Below, in pieces: positions 26,601 to 36,100 of a DNA stretch of 59,595 bases. This DNA is from a virus (Duplodnaviria > Caudoviricetes), in IMG/VR virus record IMGVR_UViG_3300027791_003052, positions 1-59,595 of that record; one strand, written 5' to 3'. The notes beneath the pieces are model-generated. The model saw only the letters and a list, made by a program, of their open reading frames with translations. It was not told where the DNA came from and ran no database searches. Each line of letters starts with the position of its first letter. Position 1 is the stretch's first letter. A program made the translations under genes and the position numbers.

Positions 26601-29600
26601 GGCAAAGTTGGTTGAATCTGATATAGGGTCACCATCACCAATTGTAATTGTTGAGGCTGGGGATTGTGTGGCTGCAACTGTCCAATGACCAGCAGTTGTA
26701 CCACTTCCATCATAATCCAATGCAGTTGCTCCCTCGAATACACTTATTACAGTTCCACTACCACCATAACTTGTAGAATCTACTGAACCATCATTATTTG
26801 CCGGAACTATATGAGCTTCATTAGATAATAGTGCAGTTACATTTCCACTACCTTCATCTAATTGGGCTAATGTTACAGTATCTGCAATACTACCATCATT
26901 TGAATGAGCCGTATATGTTACAACCATTCCGTCTACAAAGTTTGCACTTGTAACAGTTGCAGAACCACCACTTGAATTTTCTGTTTTAGAAGTTAACGTT
27001 CCAGCTGAAGTACTAAATGCACCTGCTTGAGTTAAGTTTTGTCCGTTTGCAGTTATTACAATTGATGTTGGACTTAAAACACCAGCTCTATTTTTTCTGA
27101 ATATTGGTGATGCTGAAGTTAAGGTTACCGTTTTAGCATTTGTACCAACTACTCCCTCTTTTGCTTTTGAAAAACTTTGAGTTGTTGTACGTGTAAATGC
27201 TTCTCCTCCAAGTCTTTTTCCTGATATGGTATAAGTTAAAACAACAGAATCAACTGACATTGCAGATGGTGCTGATATGGTTGCTGAGGTTGTTCCATTA
27301 CCACTAACTGTTCCCTCTGTTAATCCTCCTACATCTTCTACACTAATACTAAACTCTCCGTTTGTAACTGTTCCTGTTGTAAAAGTAAGAATATCACCTC
27401 CTTCATAAACTTCTAATGTAGTTCCACCACCAGTAAAAGATGATACACTCCCATCTGCGAGTGCAGGAAATGTATGAGATGAGTTAGAGTTAGTTATTTG
27501 TATTGCATCCTTTCCTGCTCTACCCTTAGTAATACTTTGTTGGAACGAACCACTAAATAATTCTCCATTTAGTTTTCTACCGATATATGGATATGAAACA
27601 TTAACCACTTCAGTATCTCTATCCATTGCCGTATGTTCTGCAACCACTGCGTGTTTCCCACCATCTGTTATAGCACCTACTGATAATTTACCACTTGGTG
27701 TTACAACAGTTGTAGTTAATTTCCAATGTCCTTGATATGGACTTGTTGGATTTAGAGGATTGTATTCGAGTAGAGTTGCTCCTTCAAATATACTTAAGTG
27801 TGTACCACTATTAGAAAAATCTAAAATAGAACCAGTTGCATCTGCTGGAAACATATGAGCTTGATTTGTATTTAAAATAGTCAAACCATCCGTTCCAGTA
27901 TCTACTCTAATAATTGAAACTGAATCTTGAAACACAACTCCATCCTCAGAACCAGATATAGTAACTACCGTAGAAGTTTCTGAACCAGAAATTTCCTCTT
28001 TTGCAATTGTTCTTGTTAAACCAGATCCTCCCAATGTAATTCCGTTTGATGCACTAAAATCGAGTGATCCTGAGATGTTATCTTTAGTTGCAGTAAGTGT
28101 TATTGAAGATGGAGTAATACTACCATCTTTTGCTTTTATAAATACTTGTCCTGATGTAGCCAATGAAACTGTTTTTGAACTAATCCCATCTGCTCCATCG
28201 GAAATAATATACCAAGTTTCATTAATGGTATTTGTTTGTTTAGTTCCTGGGTCTGTAAATACTGCAGTAACATTTATATCTTTTGTTGCATAACCACTAC
28301 CAAATGGTATATTGGTTTCATCACCATCAGCAGCTGTCATTACTATATGACCTGTTCCACTTTGTCCAGAAGCAGGACTTGCAATTGTCCATTCATCTAA
28401 AGGGTCATTAAAACTAGGTGTAATTGTTGTAGATAATCTATATTCACTACCTGTTGTATCAAAAAATACGGCAGTTGCTTTTAAGAATGATGGGTCATAT
28501 GATGAACTTCCTACTAACCTTCTTGAAACTTTACCTTTTACTGCTACAAACGAACCACCACCAATACCATCGGTTACATCTACCAATGCTATGGTATCAA
28601 GTAATGTTCCATCATCTTTTTTTAATGAATATGTTGCTTGTCCATTTATTGCACTACTATCAAGAACTGGATTATAAGTTACTCCATTTCCACCATCTGT
28701 TGTTCCTAATAATGAGGTAGTAAGAAGAGTACTTCCACTATAAATTTGAGCATCTCCTTGAGAAGAACCACTTATATCAAATGAACCAGTTCCATCAATA
28801 CCTTGTACTTGTAATTCTAACGTATTTGCAATCCCATGACGTGGGTCAATAAATTTAAATCTACCTGCATTCTTTATTTGAGTACCTCTTAATGGTCTAA
28901 TAAAAAATGTTGGTTTTACATCTTCACCAGGTTTCACAAATATAATACTTTCTGTATCTGCAAATAATTCTGTTGTAGAATCAGTAGCTTCAGAAACACC
29001 AACCCTAAATGAAAGTGGTGTAGTTATATAATTAGCAGGAGATGTAAATGTTGTAGTTTTACTATTAGCACTATCTCCATCAGTAAACGATGTTTCATCA
29101 GTAAAATGAGATCCTCCACCTGTAAATTTGAATTGTGCATCTCTAAAATTAAGAGAAGTTGCAGTTAGAGTTACAGAAGATGGTACAGGGTTTGTTCCAT
29201 CTGAATCATACATAATAGAATTATCAGTAAATGATAAACCTACTTTTTTTGATGGTGAACCCGCTGCAGCAACTCCAACTATAAAATTAATTGTTTTACC
29301 TGTAAGTGCAGTTCCTTCTGAATTTGTTAAAGATACTGTGATAACTCCAGTTACTGCCGTTCCATTTGTTGGTGTATTTGGAGTGATTGTTCCATTATTA
29401 TTATTTGTTCCATTTGTTACACCAGTAATTTTAAATTTATTAGCAGTTACCGTTCCTGTTGTATGTGTAAAATCAGTAGAACCTTCGTTTACACTAACAC
29501 TTATATTTGATGGTGAAGTAAACGTAAGAAAGTCATATTCTGTACTTACAGTTTGAGTTTGTGGATTTGCTATTATTGTTGTAATGGGTTTTGCTTCTCT

Positions 29601-32600
29601 AATACGAGATATACTTGCAACAATATTTTTAGTACCAGAAGTTCCTTCACCATCTGTAAAGTTTACTGGAATAGTAATAGTTTCTGTATCAGATAACATA
29701 TCATCTGCAGTATCACTAAATGTAATAGTATTTGTTGATACCGTTCCACTCAATCCACCACTATATACCACAGTTCCAATTGAAGTAAATCTATTAGTTC
29801 CACCTTCTGTTGCACTTACTTCAATAGTTTTAGGTGATTCAGAACCACTTCCTACTGAATTTGCATTTATTCCTTGTGATTGTAAGTTTACACTTACCTC
29901 TACATTAGGAACTCCTTTTTTTGATTTAGTATAAGATACTATTTTTTTGAATGATTGTTCAGTTACATTATCACCTGATAGATATTCTATGTTTAATAAT
30001 AGTGAACCACTATCATGTTGATTTGGAAATGCAGATATTCCATACTCAGAGGTTGTTGGTGATGTATCTACTGCTGTTACATTTGTTTCTACTATTGAAG
30101 TAATATCAAATGTGTTCTTATTTCTCCCTCCTCCTACATCATCATGTTCTATTTGAGTTCCACCAATAAACATTTGAACATTCCCTTTACTTGAATTAAA
30201 CCCACCAGGTACATCTCCTGTTGATTTTGCTGGAAATGAAGTTGATTCATTTGAAAGAACAAGTGAAATACCATCAAAGTTTATAACCGGTGATATTGTT
30301 ATTTCATCAGAAAATGGTAACTCAAATTGATCAGAACCAGTAAATGAATAAGTCGTTTCTGGAAATGATGAATCAGCAAATGATGAAGAATATGCTAAAG
30401 CTGATATTGTGTATGTATCAATACCTGTTGCATTATCCGTTACAGGTCCAACCAATGGTGGAGCTCCACTTCCTGAATTTACTTCAATTGGAGTTGATAA
30501 TGAAAATAAGTTTTTTCTCTGTGCTCTTACCGTTATACTTTGTCCACTTGGTTTTGGTGAAAGAGTTGTTGGTTCATATATAAATTGATTTGCATTTGAT
30601 GTTACAATAAGTTGTGGTGCATTATCACCATCTTCTAATCTATACACCGTTTCAAATTCTTCTTGTTCTTCTATTGAAGCCGTATAAATAATCGAACCAA
30701 CTGTTATAGAATCATCACTACCACTAAAATCCGCCAATCTTATAATTGCTCCGGCTGATGTTACATTGGTAAGAGTTCCAGGATATGTTCCACTATATGA
30801 GGCAGGAATTATATATGCTCCATTTACATCAAATGCAGAAGATGCATATGTAACCGAACCTGTTAAATTGTTTGTTCGTGTTTTGAATTGTATTTGTTGG
30901 AATGGTGGGTTTCCTATTGAACCACTTGAAAATCTAAATGCATTTCTATCCGATTCAAATGTCATTAACTTATCACTTGATGGGAAATCATTACCACCTG
31001 TAAATGCTTTTGTTGTAGTTACATCAACAGGTATATAATTGTTATTTATATCATAAAACTCAAATTTGAAATCGAATGTTTCTATTGCAAGTTTTCTTGG
31101 TATATCTTGTATTAATGTAAACTCATCTGGTGAGAATGAGGTATCTTGTGCGTTTTTAAGAGATACGTTAGATATGTACCAATCACCCCCATCGATATCG
31201 AATTTTAAGTATGTATCTTTAGCTGTTGTTGTTGCTAATATATTTTGTGATACATTTTGTCTTGTTTTATATTTCGATAAATCTTTTTTACGTCTCGATG
31301 AATTTCGTCCAAATGGAGTTTTACGTGATGGTGGGGTATTAGAGCCATCTATTGTTAAAAATTCCTGTTCAAAATTAGAACCACTAAAATATGCTCTAAT
31401 TGATTGAGAAGTTCCCTTAGAACCACTTAGTAGAGTTTTAAAATTTATTGTATATTCAACACCACTTGTTATTTCAAAACTACCACTTGTAGATAATATT
31501 TGAGTTCCACCTGCCGCTTCATCATAATTTGTTTTTGCAGATGCGTTTAATATATCTGTGTTAATTGTAACGGGATGATCATCTGAGGAAGTTATCCAAT
31601 ACGTTGATAGGTTTGTTTCATCAAATGTACCATATGATAATTCAGTATCAGCAGTGGTTGTTATATCTTTTAATAGTTCGGAAGATTCTAATTTAGATTC
31701 TTGTACAAATTGAAAATCTCCAATTGTGTTTCTTGATTTTCTAAATACCTTAACTCTGGCAACATCCCCAACAAAGGTCTTTAGATTATTAAAGTTTATT
31801 TTAGCGAAAGAACCAGTTAATGCAGAATCTGTTACTGTTTGTCCTTCTACGAATTCAAAGGTTGTTGTGTATGGAGTTGGAAAGAAATCACTAACCGAAC
31901 CATCACTTGAAGTAAATGGAGTATCAACCATCACTTCTTTATTACTCAATACTTCAATTACATTTGAAGAGTAATTTAAGGATGGAACTGAAATTGTATT
32001 ATCATCTACTGAAGATGTCCAATTACTAATACCATCCTCTATTTTTAATTTATAATTTACACCAGCCCTCCATTTAGATAAATCAGTTCCACTTGGTGGA
32101 TTTTGTGAGATACCTGATAAACTACCTGTTTGTGTTACATTTGGTATATTTTTTGTAAATATTGGTTTTACTAACTCACTTACATTAACAATGGGTTTTT
32201 TGTAAAATCTAACAATATCTTCATTTGATACATTTTTATTTATCTGTATGTTCTTTTCCCACTTAACATTATAAGCACCAACCCATTCGGTTGGGATATC
32301 ATCAATTTGATTATTCTCACCAATAACAGTTTTTAATTCCCCAAGAATGGTAATTTTACCTATACCAATCGGAGTATCATCGTAAACGTGTATTGCAATT
32401 AATTTAGAATTACCTTCATAATATTCTGGAGTACCATCTCCTGGTTCAAAATATACTGGGTTTCCTTCAACATCTAAAATTTCTATTTTTATTTCAGTAG
32501 ATTCCTTTAAATGTTCAGAACCCTCAATTAAGAATCCATTTTTACCACCTGTAAGTGTTTCACTTAAATCAGAAATTCTAAAATATTCGGAGTTAGGTTG

Positions 32601-32669
32601 ATCATCATTTTCAAATACTTGAAAATTAGATAAATTTAAAAAGGGAGAATATGATTTTATTATAGCCAT
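23685..32669 (-). CDS. Giant tail fibre/virion appendage protein with repeated beta modules, Hint domain and C-terminal chaperone-like domain
   Basis: 2994 aa, S/T/G-rich; recurring NE(S/A)HTxP and KTVxL modules; short GxxG linkers (GDPGDPGDNG); GTIGGWT; Hint domain; C-terminal GDLLCSS..GYLMKQ..TVAK..YCG. Confidence 0.8.
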   Translation of the reverse strand: MAIIKSYSPFLNLSNFQVFENDDQPNSEYFRISDLSETLTGGKNGFLIEGSEHLKESTEIKIEILDVEGNPVYFEPGDGTPEYYEGNSKLIAIHVYDDTPIGIGKITILGELKTVIGENNQIDDIPTEWVGAYNVKWEKNIQINKNVSNEDIVRFYKKPIVNVSELVKPIFTKNIPNVTQTGSLSGISQNPPSGTDLSKWRAGVNYKLKIEDGISNWTSSVDDNTISVPSLNYSSNVIEVLSNKEVMVDTPFTSSDGSVSDFFPTPYTTTFEFVEGQTVTDSALTGSFAKINFNNLKTFVGDVARVKVFRKSRNTIGDFQFVQESKLESSELLKDITTTADTELSYGTFDETNLSTYWITSSDDHPVTINTDILNASAKTNYDEAAGGTQILSTSGSFEITSGVEYTINFKTLLSGSKGTSQSIRAYFSGSNFEQEFLTIDGSNTPPSRKTPFGRNSSRRKKDLSKYKTRQNVSQNILATTTAKDTYLKFDIDGGDWYISNVSLKNAQDTSFSPDEFTLIQDIPRKLAIETFDFKFEFYDINNNYIPVDVTTTKAFTGGNDFPSSDKLMTFESDRNAFRFSSGSIGNPPFQQIQFKTRTNNLTGSVTYASSAFDVNGAYIIPASYSGTYPGTLTNVTSAGAIIRLADFSGSDDSITVGSIIYTASIEEQEEFETVYRLEDGDNAPQLIVTSNANQFIYEPTTLSPKPSGQSITVRAQRKNLFSLSTPIEVNSGSGAPPLVGPVTDNATGIDTYTISALAYSSSFADSSFPETTYSFTGSDQFELPFSDEITISPVINFDGISLVLSNESTSFPAKSTGDVPGGFNSSKGNVQMFIGGTQIEHDDVGGGRNKNTFDITSIVETNVTAVDTSPTTSEYGISAFPNQHDSGSLLLNIEYLSGDNVTEQSFKKIVSYTKSKKGVPNVEVSVNLQSQGINANSVGSGSESPKTIEVSATEGGTNRFTSIGTVVYSGGLSGTVSTNTITFSDTADDMLSDTETITIPVNFTDGEGTSGTKNIVASISRIREAKPITTIIANPQTQTVSTEYDFLTFTSPSNISVSVNEGSTDFTHTTGTVTANKFKITGVTNGTNNNNGTITPNTPTNGTAVTGVITVSLTNSEGTALTGKTINFIVGVAAAGSPSKKVGLSFTDNSIMYDSDGTNPVPSSVTLTATSLNFRDAQFKFTGGGSHFTDETSFTDGDSANSKTTTFTSPANYITTPLSFRVGVSEATDSTTELFADTESIIFVKPGEDVKPTFFIRPLRGTQIKNAGRFKFIDPRHGIANTLELQVQGIDGTGSFDISGSSQGDAQIYSGSTLLTTSLLGTTDGGNGVTYNPVLDSSAINGQATYSLKKDDGTLLDTIALVDVTDGIGGGSFVAVKGKVSRRLVGSSSYDPSFLKATAVFFDTTGSEYRLSTTITPSFNDPLDEWTIASPASGQSGTGHIVMTAADGDETNIPFGSGYATKDINVTAVFTDPGTKQTNTINETWYIISDGADGISSKTVSLATSGQVFIKAKDGSITPSSITLTATKDNISGSLDFSASNGITLGGSGLTRTIAKEEISGSETSTVVTISGSEDGVVFQDSVSIIRVDTGTDGLTILNTNQAHMFPADATGSILDFSNSGTHLSIFEGATLLEYNPLNPTSPYQGHWKLTTTVVTPSGKLSVGAITDGGKHAVVAEHTAMDRDTEVVNVSYPYIGRKLNGELFSGSFQQSITKGRAGKDAIQITNSNSSHTFPALADGSVSSFTGGGTTLEVYEGGDILTFTTGTVTNGEFSISVEDVGGLTEGTVSGNGTTSATISAPSAMSVDSVVLTYTISGKRLGGEAFTRTTTQSFSKAKEGVVGTNAKTVTLTSASPIFRKNRAGVLSPTSIVITANGQNLTQAGAFSTSAGTLTSKTENSSGGSATVTSANFVDGMVVTYTAHSNDGSIADTVTLAQLDEGSGNVTALLSNEAHIVPANNDGSVDSTSYGGSGTVISVFEGATALDYDGSGTTAGHWTVAATQSPASTITIGDGDPISDSTNFAVVPQHGGMVDGTDSVTISYAISGKTANGTTFTPFTKTQTITKSKAGEEGDGIQYIYKLTNSASAPTTPTGSSPTGWSSTPATPTSSNKYVWVSQRTSTNGTFGNFSAPGLFANFAEDGQPGAAGSNAKSIKLTASQYAVLYNGANAKTAVEITLTGTHQNFSSPQYRFLQDGTERQTWSTTNTYTIPDAQEPAANTTDLWRVEVREGGSGTYAAFDEVNIYGLKQGTDGGAGAAGADSYTVILTNESHTLPTTNTGTVTYAGSGTSIVVYKGATELNSVTGTPSTNEFKVTVTSDTNITVGAQTVTGNPAVFAVASACDANTANIVFSVNIENEVTIPKIQSFSKSVEGGDGDPGDPGDNGLRTVTGRVNFANVSATAPSLPTASRLTFPDTFTSLTTNWSTSTPTYASGNSNKYWYSNYTATEDASRPGYASTVSFGTVTQAIGFSGLVTFSGTSVTDGSSTLTQGISGADVNANVTEIDGSVIKTGTIRSVTLTASAGSQISLADGSIAFGGTTTSNQKFSVSSAGLVTATSGTIGGWTLSSTGIRSGGTGGSSGVNTTSGMLIGASGFISAPDFNIDTDGIASFGTSAKIGTKPFGDLIEIDSTDGLRIKSNARIGGLRFSDKFTAYDGYGTSIGTLQSDQADIVTFAEDNCVLPGTKIITKRGEVNIEDTTQHDLIKVFNFETKEFGWSSIDEIVIGKNKGWCILKTESGKELRCSNSHALYHPDFKNKELPVGWLLEGDEVYVAIDGELVLDTIKSIERFEEEVDVWNYHLSIVHNYISDGILSHNIALVKSQFTAGHQYVKQNNVSIDTGDLVKLDSNNQIIKSTTAKDTEIVGILWKELRSGSLQYDSLGDVLPENERDTKTIWKVASIGDSYESGSNSILPGFKVCNQGGDVSRGDLLCSSDTAGYLMKQPSEWVVTSFDGDNNPQYEERQSQCSYTVAKAMEDVTFDSNGLSEGVYGYLYCG
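24228..24638 (-). other. Hint (intein-like, BIL-type) domain, 137 aa, no endonuclease
   Basis: Starts CVLPGTKI, block B CSNSH, ends VWNY..HNYISDGILSHN; the +1 residue is Ile. Confidence 0.85.
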
Positions 32670-32687
32670 AGGAATATTTCTTTCCTA

Positions 32688-32696
32688 TATAAATAT
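32688..32696 (-). promoter_or_regulatory. ATATTTATA motif upstream of the tail-fibre gene
   Basis: 18 nt upstream of ATG at 32669. Confidence 0.6.
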
Positions 32697-32718
32697 ACCT
32701 TAAAAATATTCTTATCTC

Positions 32719-32726
32719 TATTTATA
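32719..32726 (+). promoter_or_regulatory. TATTTATA motif in + orientation upstream of the only convincing + strand gene
   Basis: 26 nt upstream of ATG at 32753; orientation follows gene orientation. Confidence 0.5.
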
Positions 32727-32728
32727 TT

Positions 32729-32747
32729 AGAAAACTAGAGAAAACTA
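32729..32747 (+). repeat. Direct repeat AGAAAACTA x2 (candidate operator)
   Basis: agaaaacta-g-agaaaacta between the promoter motif and the RHH start. Confidence 0.45.
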
Positions 32748-32752
32748 AAGAA

Positions 32753-32917
32753 ATGAAAGAATATAAGATGATTCAAATTAGTAAGGAACACCATGCTAAG
32801 CTAAAGAGTTATTGTAAAATCAATGACAAAAAGTTAAGCAAGGTGGTTGAAAGGCTAATAGATACCCACACATTGAAATTGATAGTAGATACAAAAAATA
32901 TACTAAAAGTGGGTTAA
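32753..32917 (+). CDS. Ribbon-helix-helix (CopG/Arc-like) DNA-binding protein, 54 aa
   Basis: Manual translation MKEYKMIQISKEHHAKLKSYCKINDKKLSKVVERLIDTHTLKLIVDTKNILKVG; beta-alpha-alpha pattern; fills the gap, stop overlaps the convergent sbcCD stop. Confidence 0.7.
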   Translation: MKEYKMIQISKEHHAKLKSYCKINDKKLSKVVERLIDTHTLKLIVDTKNILKVG

Positions 32918-35900
32918 TATTTTACGTTAGAGAATCCTTTTTCTTTTTTGATTGTCATCAAGTCATCTACTACATCTCTCATAGAATCTATGTGTGAGAT
33001 AATCATTACGAAATCAAATTGAGTTTTAAGGTATGTGAACAACATAAAAAGGGATTGTAAGTTCTCACTATCTAAAGTACCAAATCCTTCATCTATAACG
33101 AGGAAATTAGGTCTAGGAAGGTTACATACATTTATAAGTGCAACTCGAATTGCCAATCCACTAATGAATCTTTCCATTCCACTTGCCATTTCTAAACTCC
33201 ATCTCTGGTCTCCATACACTAAATAGGCATTAATGTTTTTACCATCAATTTCCAATTGCATTCCGAAATCAACGATTTGACCTAATATATTGTTTACTTC
33301 TCCTTCAATCATTGGAAGTGCTTTTTCGATGAGTTCATACGAAACACCATCTCTACCAAGAGCATTTAAATAATAATCAAATAATTTAGATTGAGATTCT
33401 AACTCTTTAACTTCTGAAACTCTATCTTCAATTGTTTCCTTTTGGTTCTGTAATGCTGATATTTTACCATTTAATGAAAGAATTTCTGAATTGGAATTTC
33501 TAATCTGTTGTTTGATTTTTTCCCAATCACTTCTAACATCTACAATCTCATCTCGTATTTCTCTATTCTTGTTAATTTGAGTTTCATTCTTATAATACTC
33601 TTCAATAAGTTGCTCTTGTTGAGCCAATTGAGTAGAATTACGATATTCTTCGGTTTCCGTTGTTGATAACTTGTTAATAAGTCCTGATATTTCTCTATCA
33701 ATTTTATCTTCTTTAGATTTTGCTTCTTGAAAATTCGTCCATTCTTTTTCATATGGAACTAAAGAATCAATTGATAATGTTATTTCAAGGTGTTGTTGGT
33801 TAAAGTCATGTAAGTAAGATTCACCATCTTTTATGTTGGAATCTACCTTTGCCTTCTGTTCTCTAATTGTTTGAGAGTTCTCCATACAAACATCACACTC
33901 CTCATCATACTTGTGAGAATCTAAGTGTTCTTTCCTCTCGTACAAAGAATCTAATTTAATTTTAGTCTTTTCAATATCAGATTGTAAGGTTCGTTGGGTT
34001 ACCTTATTTTCCTTTAATTTAGTAATACCCTCTTCCAAATCCTCTTCATCGAACTTATCAAGAATTTCATCAAGGGTAATTTGTAACTCTTCTCTATGTG
34101 TAATTCTATCTTGAATTGAATTTTTAGATTCTTTTAACTCATCTTGTTTATTAGAAAGTATCTTTCTTCTTTTTTCCAATTCTTCAATAGAAACACCACT
34201 ATCTGCATTTAACTTAACAATTTTCTCATTTAATTTGATTATTTCTTTGTTAAGTTTTTCTTCTTTTGTCTTAGCAGAATCTTGTTGAATATCTAAAAGT
34301 TTGTATTCTGATTTCTTTTCTTTTAATTCAACTACAATATCTGCCAATTTCTGAGTGAAATCATCTTGTTTGAATTTTCTAATTAATGAAGCATTATCTC
34401 TATTTTCATCACTTGCTTGTTGATATAGTTTATCAAAAATATCTACACCAATAAATTGTGATAGAACTTCTTTTCGTTCACTTTGAGATTTATCAATAAA
34501 TAATGCATTGTTTCCTTGTAAAGAAAGTGTAGTTAAAACAAAATCTTCAAACTTACCTAAATACCTTTCTATCTCTTTATTTGTATCTTTTCGTTGTTCT
34601 CCGTTTAATGATTGGATAACTCCACCATCTTCTTTCCAAAAGTTTACATCCACTTTAACAGATGTTCCTTTCCTAACATATCTAGCACTTCTTTCAATAA
34701 AATAATCTACACCATCTATCTCGAAGTTAAACTTACAATAAAACTTATCCTTACGGTTGTTTAAGATGTTCTTAGAAACGTTTGTACGAGAAGTCTTATC
34801 ATATATACAAAACGATAATGCATCGAACAGAGAGGATTTACCAGAGGCGTTAGGAGCAAAGATACCAACGATACCACGAGCTCTATCAAATCTGATTAAA
34901 TTATCTTCTCCATATGAAAACATATTAGAAAACTTAAAATCCTTTGGTGTCCATAGAATATTCTCTGCTATCTTAGAATCATCTATTAAACCATTCATTT
35001 GTTTGTTTATATCTGTTATCTGATTTAATTCATCATCTCCCAGCAAATATCTTCTTTCTAAATAATCTCTGATTAATTGGTTCTGAAATGTTTCTTCTTT
35101 AACATTACCAACTATGTTTTTATTTAGTTTACTATTCTGTTTAAGTTGACCCATTGTATCAGTTCGTGTAACTGTTACTTCTGCAACTTTAAATATTTTC
35201 TTTAATTCTGTAATACGGAGTTTCATTTCTGCTCCTCCTGTATTTGTAAATCGTAATCGTAATCTTGGATTCTTTGGAAGTTTGGTATTAACCTCATCAT
35301 ATACCCATTGTGGTATTTTTCCATCAACCACATCAACAGTTATAAATCCATAATCATTATGAATATGATGTTCGGTAAATGTTCTTGTAGGAATATCCCA
35401 TAGTAGATATCCATGATTCTCTAACATCTCACCATGATTCTGTTGAACCATAGAACCTGCATATGCAATGTGTTCATATCCTTTACCAAAAGTTTGTCTT
35501 TTGTGGATATCTCCTAACATAGCCATATCGAATCCATCAAACATTTCCACTTGGAAGGAATTAGAAGAAACAACATATCCAATATCGGTTTGTGCTTTAT
35601 TTACCGGTCCATGAAAAAGACAAATTGTATTTTCACCTTCAACATCTTTACCCTTTGGCCAATTCTCTTTATCATCTAATATAGAATATACTACAAAGGT
35701 AAGATTGTGAATTGGATACACACCAGTATCTCGTAAATAATGTAAACGTGGATTCTTTAGGTTTTCTATTATTGGAGTCAATACATCCAATCTGTGATTG
35801 TTGTTTAAGTTACAATCATGATTACCTGTTATAATAATAGTTTCACGTAATTTTGCACACTCCGTAAAGAACCAAGATATTTCCTGAAGTAACTCTGGAC

Positions 35901-36072
35901 TCATCTCTGTTTTAGCGTGAGCAATATCACCAGCGAGATAAATAACCGAATCTTGGATATCATCTTCTACTACTTGTTTTAAGAATTTTTTGAATACCAA
36001 TCTGTATTCTTTGTGCCTTTGTAGATTTCTAATATGTAAATCTGCCAAATGATAAACCTTGTTTATAATCAT
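32914..36072 (-). CDS. Fused Mre11/SbcD nuclease - Rad50/SbcC ATPase (gp47-gp46-like)
   Basis: DLH, GDIAH, GNHD, HGP, GDIHK; Walker A NASGKSS; Q-loop SLQG; zinc hook CDVC; signature ASGMERF; Walker B IDEGFGTLD; ISH. Confidence 0.95.
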   Translation of the reverse strand: MIINKVYHLADLHIRNLQRHKEYRLVFKKFLKQVVEDDIQDSVIYLAGDIAHAKTEMSPELLQEISWFFTECAKLRETIIITGNHDCNLNNNHRLDVLTPIIENLKNPRLHYLRDTGVYPIHNLTFVVYSILDDKENWPKGKDVEGENTICLFHGPVNKAQTDIGYVVSSNSFQVEMFDGFDMAMLGDIHKRQTFGKGYEHIAYAGSMVQQNHGEMLENHGYLLWDIPTRTFTEHHIHNDYGFITVDVVDGKIPQWVYDEVNTKLPKNPRLRLRFTNTGGAEMKLRITELKKIFKVAEVTVTRTDTMGQLKQNSKLNKNIVGNVKEETFQNQLIRDYLERRYLLGDDELNQITDINKQMNGLIDDSKIAENILWTPKDFKFSNMFSYGEDNLIRFDRARGIVGIFAPNASGKSSLFDALSFCIYDKTSRTNVSKNILNNRKDKFYCKFNFEIDGVDYFIERSARYVRKGTSVKVDVNFWKEDGGVIQSLNGEQRKDTNKEIERYLGKFEDFVLTTLSLQGNNALFIDKSQSERKEVLSQFIGVDIFDKLYQQASDENRDNASLIRKFKQDDFTQKLADIVVELKEKKSEYKLLDIQQDSAKTKEEKLNKEIIKLNEKIVKLNADSGVSIEELEKRRKILSNKQDELKESKNSIQDRITHREELQITLDEILDKFDEEDLEEGITKLKENKVTQRTLQSDIEKTKIKLDSLYERKEHLDSHKYDEECDVCMENSQTIREQKAKVDSNIKDGESYLHDFNQQHLEITLSIDSLVPYEKEWTNFQEAKSKEDKIDREISGLINKLSTTETEEYRNSTQLAQQEQLIEEYYKNETQINKNREIRDEIVDVRSDWEKIKQQIRNSNSEILSLNGKISALQNQKETIEDRVSEVKELESQSKLFDYYLNALGRDGVSYELIEKALPMIEGEVNNILGQIVDFGMQLEIDGKNINAYLVYGDQRWSLEMASGMERFISGLAIRVALINVCNLPRPNFLVIDEGFGTLDSENLQSLFMLFTYLKTQFDFVMIISHIDSMRDVVDDLMTIKKEKGFSNVKY

Positions 36073-36100
36073 AAACCTTTATTTTTTGATTTTAATTTAA

